Positions 1-13,002 of a stretch of DNA of 64,000 nt are shown piece after piece. Where the stretch lies: contig NC_042999.1 of NCBI RefSeq assembly GCF_006345805.1, forward strand, positions 14,632,001-14,696,000, read 5' to 3'. Every line of letters begins with the position of its first letter. The stretch's first letter is position 1. The DNA comes from Octopus sinensis (lineage: Eukaryota). The notes below the pieces were generated by a model. It was not told where the DNA came from. It made no database searches and worked only from the letters and a program-made list of their open reading frames with translations. The translations under genes and the position numbers were made by a program.

Positions 1-330
1 TTAAGTATTCAGAGATAATAATGTGATGAAGTGATAAAGACTGACCATTTCTGTGCTTATCAATTGTTAACTTGAAAGGGATATAAAGTACCTCCTGCCT
101 ATTTACAGCAAAACATATGACTGCATTCCACACCAGAATCTGCCTCAATACAAAGTTAATTTGTGACTGTCTAGCTTTTATATCAATTTTTTGAATCATT
201 GAGAAAAATAAGTTAGCAGGTAAACTCTCTCTCTCATGCGTATTCTGTCATTTACCCACATACAAGGTCATGTATATAGTTTTATACACACATACACATA
301 TATATCTGTTTATATATATATATATATATA

Positions 331-682
331 TCATCATCATCGTTTAACATCTGCTTTCCGTGCTAGCATGGGTTGGACGATTTGACTGAGGTCTGGCAAA
401 CCAGATGACTGCACCAGGCTCCAATCTAATCTGGTAGAGTTTCTACAGCTGGATGCTCTTCCTAATGCCAACCACTCTAAGAGTGTAGTGGGTGCTTTTA
501 CGTGCCACTGGCATGAAGGCCAGTCAAGTGGTACTGGCAACGCCCACATTTAAATGGTGCTTTTTATGTGCCACCTGCACAGGAGCCAGTCCAGCGGCAC
601 TGGCAATGACCTGACTCAAATGTTTTTCATGTGCCACCAGCACAAGTGCCAGTAAGGCAACGCAGGTAATGATCACACTCGA
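331..682 (-). mobile_element. Family A copy
   Basis: Begins with the (CAT)n-cgtttaacatctgctttcc tail and contains three internal units. Confidence 0.75.
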
Positions 683-1113
683 AGTATATATATATACTTC
701 TTTCAAACATTCTTACTACATTTATTATTAATATATGTTGAGTTCAAAGTTTAGCCTGCATACAAGATAGTGTATATAGTTTATAAATATATACACACAT
801 ATATCTATTTGTATATGTCCACATGTATACTTCTTGCACACATTCTTATTATTTTTAAACCAGACATAAATAAATAAATACAGTATACTAAAGTAAAATA
901 AAATAAAATACAATAAGCAGATTGCATCAATAGAGTTTTAATTATTAATTGTTTTTACCAAACTGTGAAAATGAGTGTTTTAGCCTGGGGCTGCATTTTG
1001 TAACTATTTCAGAGTGCCTGTTCAAAAGTTTACCAGTACACATTCAAATGCATACCATTTCCTCAGAACAGGGATTACCAGATCTTGAAAATGTATTGTA
1101 CAGAAGTGCATTT

Positions 1114-1151
<38 letters not shown>

Positions 1152-1154
1152 ACC

Positions 1155-1712
1155 ATCATCATCATCATCATCATCGTTTAACATCCGTTTTCCATTCTAG
1201 CACGGGTTGGACGGTTCGACCGGGATCTGGGGAGCTAAGAGACTGCACCAGGCTCCAGTCTGATCTGACAGTATTTCTACAGCTGGATGCTATTCCTAAC
1301 GCCAACCACTCTGTGAGTGTAGTGGGTGCTTTTTACGTGCCACCAGCACAGGTGCCTGGGGAGGCTGGCAGCGGCCACAATCGGTTGGTGCTTTTTACAT
1401 GCCACTGGCACAGAAGCCAGTCAAGGCGGCGCTGGCATCGGCCACATTCAGATGGTGCTTATATATATATATATATATATGTAGCACCATCCGAGCATGG
1501 CCGTTTGCCAGCCTCGTCTGGCACCTGTGTCAGTGGCACATAAAAAGCATCCACTACACTCACGGAGTGGTTGGCGTTGGGAAGGGCATCCAGCTGTAGA
1601 AACACTGCCAGATCTGACTGGCCTGGTGCAGCCTTTGGGCTTCCCAGACCCCAGTTGAACTGTCCAACCCATGCTAGCATGGAAAGCAGACGTTAAACGA
1701 TGATGATGATGA
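1155..1712. mobile_element. Two family A copies head-to-head around (TA)n
   Basis: Reverse copy 1155-1460, (TA)n spacer, then forward copy 1482-1712. Confidence 0.75.
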
Positions 1713-3302
1713 TATATATATATATAGGATAAACTCTGTAAGCATAGTAGCAATGTCAACCAAGTAATGTTGTCATGTCTACTGAGGATCATTCTGTCTT
1801 TCTTTGGCTGAGAAGAGCAGGCAGTTTTCCTCTGTCTGGTGGCCATGGTGAATGAGATTGTATGGTGGATAAAGATGAAAGGACCGAAGACCAACACTTT
1901 CTTCTTCAGCCACCTCCTCGTCAAACTCTTCAAGTTCCAGAGATATTTCCCTCCAGTAAATTTGTTAAAAGGTGCGTGAGATTAGTGTAAATGGCTTGCA
2001 TTTTGTAGCCTACTCTCAGGATGACTCTAGGCAGGAGATCACAGTTGTTGTAGAGCACTTGGTAGTCAGAATAATCCTTAATCCGAGGGGTTTCTTGACT
2101 GGCCCTAGGTGGCTGCCATCTCCTTTAATGTGTGTTCTTTCACACCTTTTCCATAACTGTATTTTCCATGTGTTTTTCTTTCGCAATCAATTATTCTGCA
2201 TAAACACCCACCATTTGTCATGTCTTCTTATTTGTCAGCCTCAAGGAAATAATAATAATAATAATAATAATTGTTATTACATAGACATTACTCTCTGTCT
2301 TCGACTATATTTATATAGATGTGTACGTTTCTCTTTATATTTCAACTGCTATAAGTATTTGTAGATATGTGATATACACGTATCCGTATGTGTTGATATT
2401 TATTCACCTAGCCATGTATGTAATGGCAAGACATTGACCTCACCTAATAATCTCCAGTGACTTGCACAAACGAAAGTTAAAAGTTGTTAAACAAATTTGA
2501 CATCTTCAAAGATTCTGTCTTCCTAGACATAATGGCTCCAAATGGACTGATAAAACAGCTGCTGGCTTGAGATTCAAAGAAGCAATAGCACCACCAATGA
2601 AAATTGGTTGTTAGACATCTCAGTTGTATATCATCCTGGTTTGTGTATTATCTTTCAAATCTCTTCAATACATCTAGATTGAGCTGCACCTCTGGTTCAG
2701 CTCCACCTCTTGTTCTATAAAAATCTCATTTTAAATCTTTCATACTTGAAATCAAAACAAGACACCATGGTTTCATGTAAGAACCTATGTAAGAACATCA
2801 TGTAATTTATTAATGAAAAGTTTATAATTCTGCTAAAGAGGTGCTGGTGTGGCTGTGTGGTGAAGAAGTTTGCTTCCCAACCACATGATTTTGAGTTCGG
2901 TCCCACTGCATGTCACCATGAGTAGATGTGTTTCACTTAAACCACATGCTGACCAGAGCTTTGTGATTTGATTTGGTTGACAGAAACTGAAAGAAGCCTG
3001 TGATATCTATACTCTTTTACTTGTTTCAGTCATTTGACTGTGGCCATGCTGGAGCACCAACTTTAGTCGAGCAAATTGACCCCAGGACTTATTCTTTGTA
3101 AGCTTTGTACTTATGTTTAAAATTTTTCTATATGATTTATTATAGATAATATCTTTCACTATTAATTGAATTACTTAATAGAGGTTTTGTTTCTTAATTA
3201 TTTACATAAATTATATATTATGAAATTTGAAATGGAATGGAAGTTATATGGGTATTAAAACTGTATTTGTCATAATTACCAATATATATATATATATATA
3301 TA

Positions 3303-3482
3303 GAGGGAGAGTTCACGAAAAAAACAAAAGACATAGACAGGTGGTGTAGAAAATAAACAAATGTATTAGTATAATGCTCAGGAACTGAAAAAGTCTTTTA
3401 CGTTTCGAGCCTACGCTCTTCTGCAGAAAGGAACACAGAAAGAAACAAGGAGAGAAAAAAAATGTGTATAGTGGCTACCGAT
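3303..3482 (-). mobile_element. (TA)n-associated short repeat with hammerhead-like motif, copy 1
   Basis: Homologous to 39446-39653 and abuts (TA)n at about 3280-3302. Minus strand 3430-3395 reads CUUU-CUGCAGA-A-GAGC-GUAG-GCUC-GAAA-CGU-A-AAAG. Confidence 0.65.
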
Positions 3483-4329
3483 ATACTGTTTGTAGAAAAA
3501 GCAACAAAAAAAATTTTTTTAATACTTATTTTTTGAGGACAGTGCCCCAGCATCAGAGCACTGCCCTTGAAGAATAAACGTGTTTGGTTTTGTTCCACTG
3601 CTGTGTGATTTCAGGAATGTTAGAAACGATAAACTTTGCATGAGTATTCGAAACTTCAGACATTCGACAGCAGTATTGCTACATTAACATCAGAAAACTT
3701 GTGTGATGTTAAGAAGATAACTTGCATGATGTGCAATAGAGTAAACTGCATGATTTATGCTGAAATAAACATAAAAAGTTCACAACCATTTCACATCAGC
3801 TCTTTCATGACCATATTTCTGATGAGATATATTGGCTGTGCATTTCAATCAATTTTGAAAATAATCAAAAATGACAGCGAGAAACAAATTAAATAACTTA
3901 TATTTGTTTAAATCTTCAATATTTATCATTCCTGAATAAAACGAAAAAGAAAAACAAGAAAAGCAACAGCAGAAGTGTTATTTGATATTCTACAAATAGT
4001 ATCTTTATTACTTGTCTTAACTCTTTTTTTTTTTTTGTTATTTTTCTTTAACATTAATTCTTAAATAGAATTACAAACAGATAGTCTTTTACTTGTTTCA
4101 GTCATTGGATTAAGTTCATGCTGGGGCACCATAAAACTGAAAATAATGTTTGCTTGAAATTTCATTTAAGAATAAATGTAAATAATGTAAAGCTACATAT
4201 TTACTTTAACGGACATTCCAACCATCAGTTGCCAACTGGAGATCTTAACGATTTTGGTACCTTCCAACAATACCATTCCCTCAAATAATGTAAAGCAATA
4301 TTAAAGCTACCAGCAAATGTTTGATTCTT

Positions 4330-4600
4330 TGTGCTGGTGGCATGTAAAAGAACCATCCGAATGTGGCCATTGCTAGTGCTGTGCCGGTGGCACGTAAAAA
4401 GCACCAACCAATCGTGGCCATTGCCAGCCTCACCTGGCATGTAAAAAGCACCCACTACACTCACGGAGTGGTTGGCGTTAGGAAGAGCATCCAGCTGTAG
4501 AAACAATGCCAGATCAGACTGGAGCCTGGTGCAGCCCCCTGGCTTCCTAGACCCCAGTTGAACCGTCCAACCCATGCTAGCATGGAAAACAGACGTTAAA
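4330..4600 (+). mobile_element. Family A copy
   Basis: Same units and 3' end; the tail is eroded. Confidence 0.7.
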
Positions 4601-5384
4601 CTTTTCTGTTACCCATGCACCTCATCACACCAAAGCAGGGGTAGCTGCAACCATTTCAATTATAAAACAGTTATGTTCTGGTTTAATTATTTCGTTACCA
4701 AGGATTTGTTTTTCACTCTCATCTTTCTTTCTCATACCTTGGTGTATCCATGAGGAATCAGCCTTAGCTTCTCTTTGAAATTCTTGAATTGATTCTCTGA
4801 TAACTTTCCCAAGCTGCACTGTGGAACCCACTACCATCAGCTTGTTTTCCTCTGGTCTACTCTATTCAGTCCTGTAAACTTTCTATTAATTGACATCTTT
4901 TGAATTTGTAGGCCCCTTTTTTTTCTTTCTTTGTAATCCTTTAAACTACAGTGACCTCAAGCTTTGTTCGGAGCAAAATTGTATTAAAAAGTCTAATGCC
5001 AGCCAGATAGGATATTGTGGTTCTAGATACGACCACACAACATCCCATCAGTACTAGAAGAACCATATTACACCATTCTTGTGTCTCACATGACTTCCTA
5101 AATCCTTCATATTTTTGGCCCTTCCTTTCATGTACCTCCCTAAAAGTACAATAAAAACCTTCTTTCCTCATGTCATTCTATGCTGTATTATTGTTGCTTT
5201 ATCATTGAAATAGAATTCAAAAATATAAAAGCTTCCTCAAATCATTTGCACCATTTTGGAATCAGTGTAGTTAAGAAGCTTGTTTATCAACAATATGGTT
5301 TTGTATTCAGTTTTACTGCAAGACACCTCGTGTAGGTATCTTCTACAACAGCCCCAGGCTGACTGATACCTTGAGAATGAAAGG

Positions 5385-5628
5385 CTGACAGCGGCCACGA
5401 AAACATCAACCGATCGTGGCCGCTGTCAGCTTCCCCTGGCACCTGTGCCAGTGGCACGTAAAAAGCACCCACTACACTCATGGAGTGGTTGGCATTAGGA
5501 AGGGCATCCAGCTGTAGAAACACTGCCATATCAGATTGGAGCCTGGTGCAGCCTCCTGGCTTCCCAGACCCCAGTCGAACCATCCAACCCATGCTAGCAT
5601 GGAAAACGGACGTTAAACGATGATGATG
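5385..5628 (+). mobile_element. Family A copy
   Basis: Ends in cggacgttaaacgatgatgatg. Confidence 0.75.
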
Positions 5629-5881
5629 AAATTGTATTGAAATCCATCATGTATATGTTTACATGTGTTTGTTCCCCACCTCCTAACAACTTGTGTTGGT
5701 TTGTTGATGTCCCTCTAACTTAGCAGTTCTGATAAAGAGAACAATAGAATAAATACCAGATTTAAAAGAGCATAAGTCTTGCAGTGTAGGGTGTCAATTT
5801 GTTTGACTGAAACCATTCAAGACAGTACTTCAGCATGGCTGCAGTCCAATGACTGAAACAAGTAAAAAGTAAAAATAACAT

Positions 5882-5926
5882 GTCTATAAACGTGTTTCTG
5901 CATGACTGTGTTTCATCAGTATAGAC
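5882..5926 (-). ncRNA. Decayed type I hammerhead ribozyme motif
   Basis: GUCUAUA-CUGAUGA-(AACACAGUCAUGCA)-GAAA-CACGU-U-UAUAGAC. Stem I is a perfect 7 bp, core and stem III are intact, stem II is largely unpaired. Confidence 0.55.
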
Positions 5927-5998
5927 TAACAGACAGACAATTCACTATTATTATTATTCCTAAATAATGTATTCAGATTATTGTCTTTCATTCTTAAG

Positions 5999-6067
5999 AA
6001 AGAAAATGGAAGACAAAGAGAATTAAAATTGGAATTACTCGGTGTTTCTTCCTCTGCCAAAACCAAG
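5999..6067 (+). CDS. Candidate internal exon (gene assignment uncertain, possibly TNF stalk)
   Basis: Bounded by ttgtctttcattcttAAG and AAG|GTATTC. 69 nt, phase 0-0, reads KENGRQRELKLELLGVSSSAKTK. Phase-compatible with 10888. Confidence 0.33.
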
Positions 6068-6346
6068 GTATTCCTTTGAAGTTTAAATTTTCAGTTGGCA
6101 TCGAAAATATTCTGTTTTCATATTTTCCTTTGAATCAACTGGTTTTTAAGTAGTTTGTCTCCTCTTAATAAGCTGGATGCACACATATACATTGACTTCT
6201 AAAGTAGATTTATGATGACAGTTTGACTTATTATTCTGCCCAAGTTCTCTCCTACTGTGCAGCACCTTGTGTCAGTGTCTTCTTCTATAGCCCCAGGGCA
6301 ATCAAAGATTAGTGAGTAAATTTGGTTGACAGAAACTGAAGGAAGA

Positions 6347-6734
6347 GGTGGCAAGCTGGCAGAAACGTTAGCACGCTGGGCGAAATACTTAGTGGTATTT
6401 CGTCTGCCGCTATGGTGCGAGTTCAAATTCCTTTCATCCTTTCGGGGTCGATTGAATAAGTACCAGTTACGCACTGGGGTCGATGTAATCAACTTAATCC
6501 GTTTGTCTGTCCTTGTTTGTTTCCTCTGTGTTTAGCCCCTTGTGGGTAGTAAAGAAATAGGTATTTCATCTGCCACTATGTTCCGAGTTCAAATTCCGCC
6601 GAGGTCGACTTTGCCGTTCATCCTTTCGGGGTTGATTAAAAAAGTACCAGTTACGCACGGGGTCAATATAATTGACTTAATCCGTTTGTCTGTCCCCTCT
6701 ATGTGTAGCCCCTTGTGGGCAGTAAAGAAATAAG
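6347..6734 (+). mobile_element. Family C tRNA-derived SINE, partial-tandem dimer
   Basis: Head ggtggcaagctggcagaaacgttagc, B-box-like gagttcaaattcc, core gactttgcctttcatcctttcggggtcg. Flanked by a 12-bp TSD AACTGAAGGAAG (6334-6345, 6736-6747). Confidence 0.8.
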
Positions 6735-9094
6735 GAACTGAAGGAAGCCTCTGTGTGTGTGTGAGAGGGAGAGAAAGTGATTGTGGGTATATTCTTCTTT
6801 TGACATCATGTAATAGTTGTGAAGATGTGTCACTGCAATGTTGTTTGTTTCTGGTTTTCGATGCACAACATGACTGGCCATGAGGAAAAAATATCATCTT
6901 GTTTGGAAATGGGTGAGTATTGGCAATAGGAAGAACATCTAGCCATAGAAAATTTACCTCAACAAATTCTGATTGACCCCTGTATGGGAAAATGGACAAT
7001 AAATGAGAATAATTCCACTGTTGTCTTCATGCTTTCAAATTACCCTCACTGGCTGTTACTTTTGTTTATTCTGTATTTTTGTAAAAAAAATAAAGAAAAT
7101 CAACACCCCCCCTCCACACACACACATATGCACACAACCCGTGGAAAACCATATTCATTATTATTACTCAATTAATCACTATTTTAATGCCTAATTTTCC
7201 CTGCTTCTATGGGTGAGATGAGGTTTATTGACACAAATTTTATGGCCAGATGCCCTTCCTGTTGCTAACCGTTACATTTCCAAACAATAATGAGGCATAT
7301 TTTTTGCAGAATATTTCGTTTTGGGATTTGGTTTGCAAGATTCTGTATATGATTTCATATGTTGAAGCATATTCTGTTGTGTCTGGGGAGAGTCATTTTC
7401 TTTTTGTGCCTAACACACTCACCGGTAAAAGTGGAAATTTTACCAGTGAGCCTGTTACATTATAAGGCACAAAAAGAAAATTACTCTCCCCAGACACAAC
7501 AGTTTTTGCAGAATGTTTGTTTACAACAGTTACGCAAAGTCAAAACAAGGAGAAACAAACATAGTCACACATACATACATATGTGTGTATGTATAAGCTT
7601 TCTTTCAGTTTTTATCTACCAAATCCACTCACAGGGCTTTGGTCAGCTTGGGGCTATAGTTGAAGAAATTTGTCCAAAGTGTCATGCCTTAAGACTGAAC
7701 CTGAAACCATGAGATTAGAAAACAAACTTCTTAACCATATGGCCATACCTGCATCTATATCCATGCTAGCACCTCATTATTATTATTGTTGTTGTTGCTA
7801 TAGTAAAGAAAGGATTGCTATCATTATTCATTTCTTCAGTTGTTTCGCTTCTTTACAAGAACTAAATGGTGCTATCCAATCAACATATATTTCTCTTATT
7901 AATAAGTCATTTAGCTCTAAATACTAGTATAACGAAACAAGCTAACTGCCTGTCAAAACAACCAATAAATACTTGAAAAGATTTCCTTTCTAAACCTAAG
8001 AAAGCTCATCTCGAAAATGAGAGCTTTCTTGTACTAAATGACAATTTTACTGCATTACTTTTGTATATATTTGTTCTCTTCTCTGAGTCAATTTACCAAA
8101 ACAATTAAAGGGGTAATGCTGTCGGTGGTGATCGTGGTTGAGAAATAACATTCTTTAGGTTTTAGTGTTGCTTTTTTTTTTTGCCACTCTTACCAGGTAT
8201 GTAATATATTGGCTCTGTTGGTTACTAGCTCCGTTGCAAGTATAGGAAGAGTTGGCTAATCTCATTAATTTATACCTACCTGTTTACTTGTTTTTTTGGC
8301 CACCGTTCTGTGCAGAGGGAATTAAGGTTTGTGTCAATGTGTCTGTAGGTATTTGTCTCGTATGTATGCTTCTATATTTATCTCAATGTATGGATGTTTA
8401 CGTGTTTGGAAGAGAAAGAAGGTGTGCGTGTGTGTGTGTGTGTGTATGTGGTAGCGATAGTGGTGGTGAAGGTCTGTTTGCTTTGCGTTGAACTTGAAAA
8501 GAACTAAGGGTATATCACTGATCTAAGTATTGTTCAAACAAACAAAAGATGGTAAAATAAAACATAGCCTGGAAAAGTCTGTTAACAAACAGAACATGTA
8601 AAGCCACCTGACAACCAAAGATAAATAATGGTATAACAAAAATTCTGCTCCCAGATAGGTTTCTCAATAAATACCTTTATTAATATTATCATTGTTAATA
8701 TTATTATTATTATTATTATCATTTCAATTTATTTCAAAGATGTTTTATAGGAACAGTAAACCGTTTCTTTGTGTGTAGTCAATATGAGGCACATAAATAT
8801 AATATAAAATAAACATCCATTTTGTTCCTCTTTGTTTGTATTACAAATAACGTCTTTTTTTTTTCTCCCCGCGGTCTTTATGAAGTTTTGTATATATTTC
8901 CTTTTTTTTTTTTTCCCCATACTTTGCCAAACCCCTATTTGCTTGAATATTTTATTTACCAAGGTAGAAAGATTCTATGAAAGATGATGGGAAGGGAATA
9001 CTGAGGAAAATATGGTCAAGAGTTATGCGTCTGGGAGGAAACGTATAAAGTAGTGACTCAAAAACCAACTTCAACAAACACTGCTTTATTCTAC

Positions 9095-9134
9095 TAAGGA
9101 TATATATTTATATAAATACATATATATACATACA

Positions 9135-9168
<34 letters not shown>

Positions 9169-9365
9169 CAGACATATACATATATATATACATACATATA
9201 TACTCATACATATATACATACTCATATATATATACATACATACATATATACTCATATATATATATATATACATACATGTATACTCATATATATATACATA
9301 CATATATACGTACATATATACATACATATATACATACATATATATATATACATATATGTATATAT
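9095..9365. repeat. (TA)/(TACA) microsatellite tract
   Basis: Seen directly; explains ORFs 9086-9339. Confidence 0.95.
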
Positions 9366-10887
9366 TGCTCTTTTATTGTGGCATACCGTCACCTCATATT
9401 AGATCTTTTTTCCTGATGTTTTTATGACATATGTTTTGATTTTTCTATTTGTTTAACATCCTTTGTCTCTCCGTTCCTGCAATGAATAAGTGATTGAAGC
9501 GCAACCAGTGAATAGGCAGAGGATTTCATAGCCTTCTATTTAAAACAAATGTATGCTCACTATTTCTGTGTAAAAATAGTTAATCCTGTCAGAGGGGAAA
9601 CAAATAGGGTCTTTTTAAAGATTCATATCTGCAATCATTGTCATCAGTTTCATGTCTGCTTTCCATGTTTGTACTGGTTATTTTTGCTCCTCTGTAGCAG
9701 TGTCCTACCATTTGTTGCTCTCCTTTGAGAGGTGAAATCCTTTGTGTGGTTCAACATTCTTCTGCATACATCTTCCTCTTCACACACATACGTCATCATT
9801 TAATGTCCATGTTCCAGGCTGGCATGGGTTGGAAGGTTTGACAAGGATCCAATGAGTCAAGGATTACATCATGCTCCAGTATCTACTTTACCATGGTTTC
9901 TACAGCTGGATGCCCTTCCTAATGCCAACCACTTCACAGTGTGTACTGGATGCCTTTTTCATGCCACCAGCTAAAACATTTGATGTGTTGACCAAGAGAA
10001 CCATGTATGTGTCATGCTTAATATATATATATATACAGTTGATAGGCCTGTTACTGCAGTATTAGTCCTGAGACAACCTACTTTGTTAAAAACCCAAATT
10101 TGCAGGAAGCTAAAATTTCATTCCAGCAATGGCCATGAAAATAGGCAATGTGTTTCAGTTTTTTGGGGCATATACCAGGGATCTTTACCTTTTGACTAAC
10201 AGATTTAGAAAATAATTTTTTGTAACTAAACACTTTCAAACTTCGTATACTGGTAGAATGTGTCATATAAAACATCTTTTACTCTTAGCGTTTTTGAGAA
10301 AAGTTTATGTTTATGAAGTTATTTCATGTTAAAGTTGTATTTCAGTAAATTCAACTAATCAATGATGTGTATTCAGCTGAATAAAATTACTGCCGTTGTT
10401 TGTCAACAACAACTATCAGTCAGAAGGTAAAAATCCCATACCAGATTTTTATTCAGTTGAGTGGCGATTTGCAACATCATCCACTGTTTCCTGTATTGGA
10501 GATGACAAATTCTCATCTGAGCTTCTGGCTGGCTGCAAGTGTGTGCCTTTGAAAAAAAGCATTAAAAAATATGTATCCGGTTTTCTTGATAGCTGCTGCT
10601 GCCTCTGATATTTTTTGTCTCTAACAGCACATCCATAACAGATGTTATCTTAGGACAAATACTACAGTAACTGGCCTACTGACTGTGTACTCATTAAGTA
10701 TCATACGCACATATCTACTATTTTAATTAAATACTGCCTCAATTGCATGTAGTGAAGATATCTATTTATCTATCTATCTATCTATTCATGTCTGTGTGTC
10801 TGAGAGAGAGGATTCATGTTATGTGCAGTAAATCGCAGCAACGAAAATTTTTCGTTATGCTTCCCTACAATGTTGCATTGTTTTCAG

Positions 10888-10930
10888 ATGGAGAGATGTT
10901 GTGATATTTATGACCTCCTCTTTATCTTAA
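10888..10930 (+). CDS. Candidate stalk exon of the TNF ligand
   Basis: Bounded by ttgcattgttttcAG and GTAAAA. Reads MERCCDIYDLLFIL, phase 0-1, compatible with 14269. Short, so it could be chance. Confidence 0.3.
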
Positions 10931-12691
10931 GTAAAATGTAAACGTAACACTGTGTTATGTTTACATGTTGAAAATATATAAATAAGAGAAAGTATTATCT
11001 TCAATAATGTTTATTTATAACACTAAACATTTTTAATGTACTTAATGTAGAATTCATTTATACCTCACACTCACTGTCTGTATTCCCTATTTTACTCAGC
11101 TTCTTGTATTTTGAGATGCTCTGACATCTTGTCACCACCATCTTTACCTTCTTTCCAGCTCTGCTCCCACCCACCCTTATATAATGCAGAATAGCCATGT
11201 ATCTATAACACGACACCTGTGCTTCTCCCACAATCACATTTTAGCTCTCAACACCTGGCATAGAACTACTACCCCTTCTTCCCCTCTCAAATACCAAATA
11301 CTCTCTTCCTCCGCTTATTCAAGGGGGCTTTTTCCATTTTCCTGTTCTTTTCTCATCTCGCATGGTTACATGGCAACCTCACTAGTGTTAGGGGTATGAA
11401 AACCAGCACCTAGTGCACACTGTAAACTGGTTGGCTTTGGGAAGGGCATCCAACTGCAGAAACTATGCCAAAGCATGGGGCTCTATAAATCCGGTCAAAC
11501 CTTGCAAGCCATGCCAGAATTCAAAAGGGACCTTAAACGACGATGATGATGATCATCATCATCATCATTTAGCCTCCGCTTTCCATGCTAGCCTGGGTTG
11601 GACGATTTGACAGAGGTCTGGCGAACCAGATTCCAATCTGATCTGGTTCGCCAGACCTCAGTCAAATCGTCCAACCCATGGAAAGCGGACACTAAATGAT
11701 GATGATGATGATTATATATATGTGAAATAAGGAATTGTAAAAGAATAAGAGCTGAAATGGTTCTTATAAATTATAACAACATACTTAACAGTTACGACAG
11801 AAATAAGTTCTCAGAGATAAAGTTAGGGTATGAAAATTATCTTATCAAAAATGGATCTAGAGACATATGGCTTCTGGCTGCAATAAAACAAAATTCCCAA
11901 GAAAGTTGAATTCCAAAATTTTTATTAGCCACCCACAAAAAGTTCTAGAATGTTCAATGAAAGCCTTTAGGCATGAAAATTTAACTTTACTGTATTTTTA
12001 ATCTAACTTCCTATCATAAATTGATACTACAGATGCTCGACTGCATATTGCTATATATAGTATTATTGTTACTTATCAGTAGTTTCGGTTTTTGAATTTA
12101 AACATTCTTGGGTCAAATTCAAAGGAAAGCAATTAATTAAGTGGTAGACTGGCCGACAAATTTAAGTGTTGGACAAAATGCTTTCTGATAATATATATTC
12201 TAAGTTCAAACACCACTGAAGCGAACCTAATTTTTCATGGGTCCAGGCATGGCTGTACAGTTAAGAAGCTTGCTTCCTGACCATGTGGTCTTGAACTCAG
12301 TCCCATTGCCTGGTATCTTGGGCAAGTGTTGTTTTCTATAGTGCTGGGCTAACAAAAGACTTGTGGGTGAATTTGGTAGATGGAAACTGAATGAAGCCTG
12401 TTGTGTATATATATATAGTTTATAATTAGGGTTCAGCAAAGATTTGCTTTACCACATACCAAAGTTTAGAAATAGCAGTCAAAAAACCTTAGCTCCTTTT
12501 AAAGTAGAAGAAATAGCTAAGGTTTTTTTACTGCTATTTCTAAACTTCGGTATGTGGTAAAGCAAATCTTTGCTGAACCCTAATTATAAAATATTACTTA
12601 AGTTTACTGTGAAATGGTCTTTTTTCATGCTGAATTCTACTTGGTGAAATTATTGATTACTTCTTAATTAATTAATTTTATCCTTTGTTAT

Positions 12692-12723
<32 letters not shown>

Positions 12724-13002
12724 CATGCAAGTTTGTGTATACCTTTGTCTTGGCATCAAATGACAACTTAAAGCAGCATCACCATCATACAAGTGATGTT
12801 CATTTCCAGTTTTCGATGAAAAATACACCTGGCCATTGGAAATATTACCTTACTTGGAAACAGATGAGGGCTGCCAAAAAAAGGCATCCAGCTATAGAAA
12901 ATCTACCTCAACAAATTCCAACTGTTCCTTGCAAGCATGGAAAAGTAGGCATTAAATGATGATGCTATCTGCCATACAACTGATTATCCTGTTCACCTCA
13001 AC

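Noticed and set aside
4625-4837. 70-aa minus-strand ORF with protein-like composition
   Set aside because: No splice signals or recognisable motif.
8159-8335. Short AG...GT-bounded segments 8159-8196 and 8325-8335
   Set aside because: Too short, frame depends on a poly-T run, and there is no recognisable motif. They could be UTR exons but are unsupported.
8995-9050. CUGAGGA...GAAACGUA hammerhead-like order
   Set aside because: No stem II and only 2 bp of stem I.
10377-10608. Exon-like or ORF-like segments on both strands
   Set aside because: Readings are mutually incompatible, not phase-compatible with 14269, and contiguous with a DNA-transposon-like repeat at about 10030-10330, so more likely a transposon fossil.
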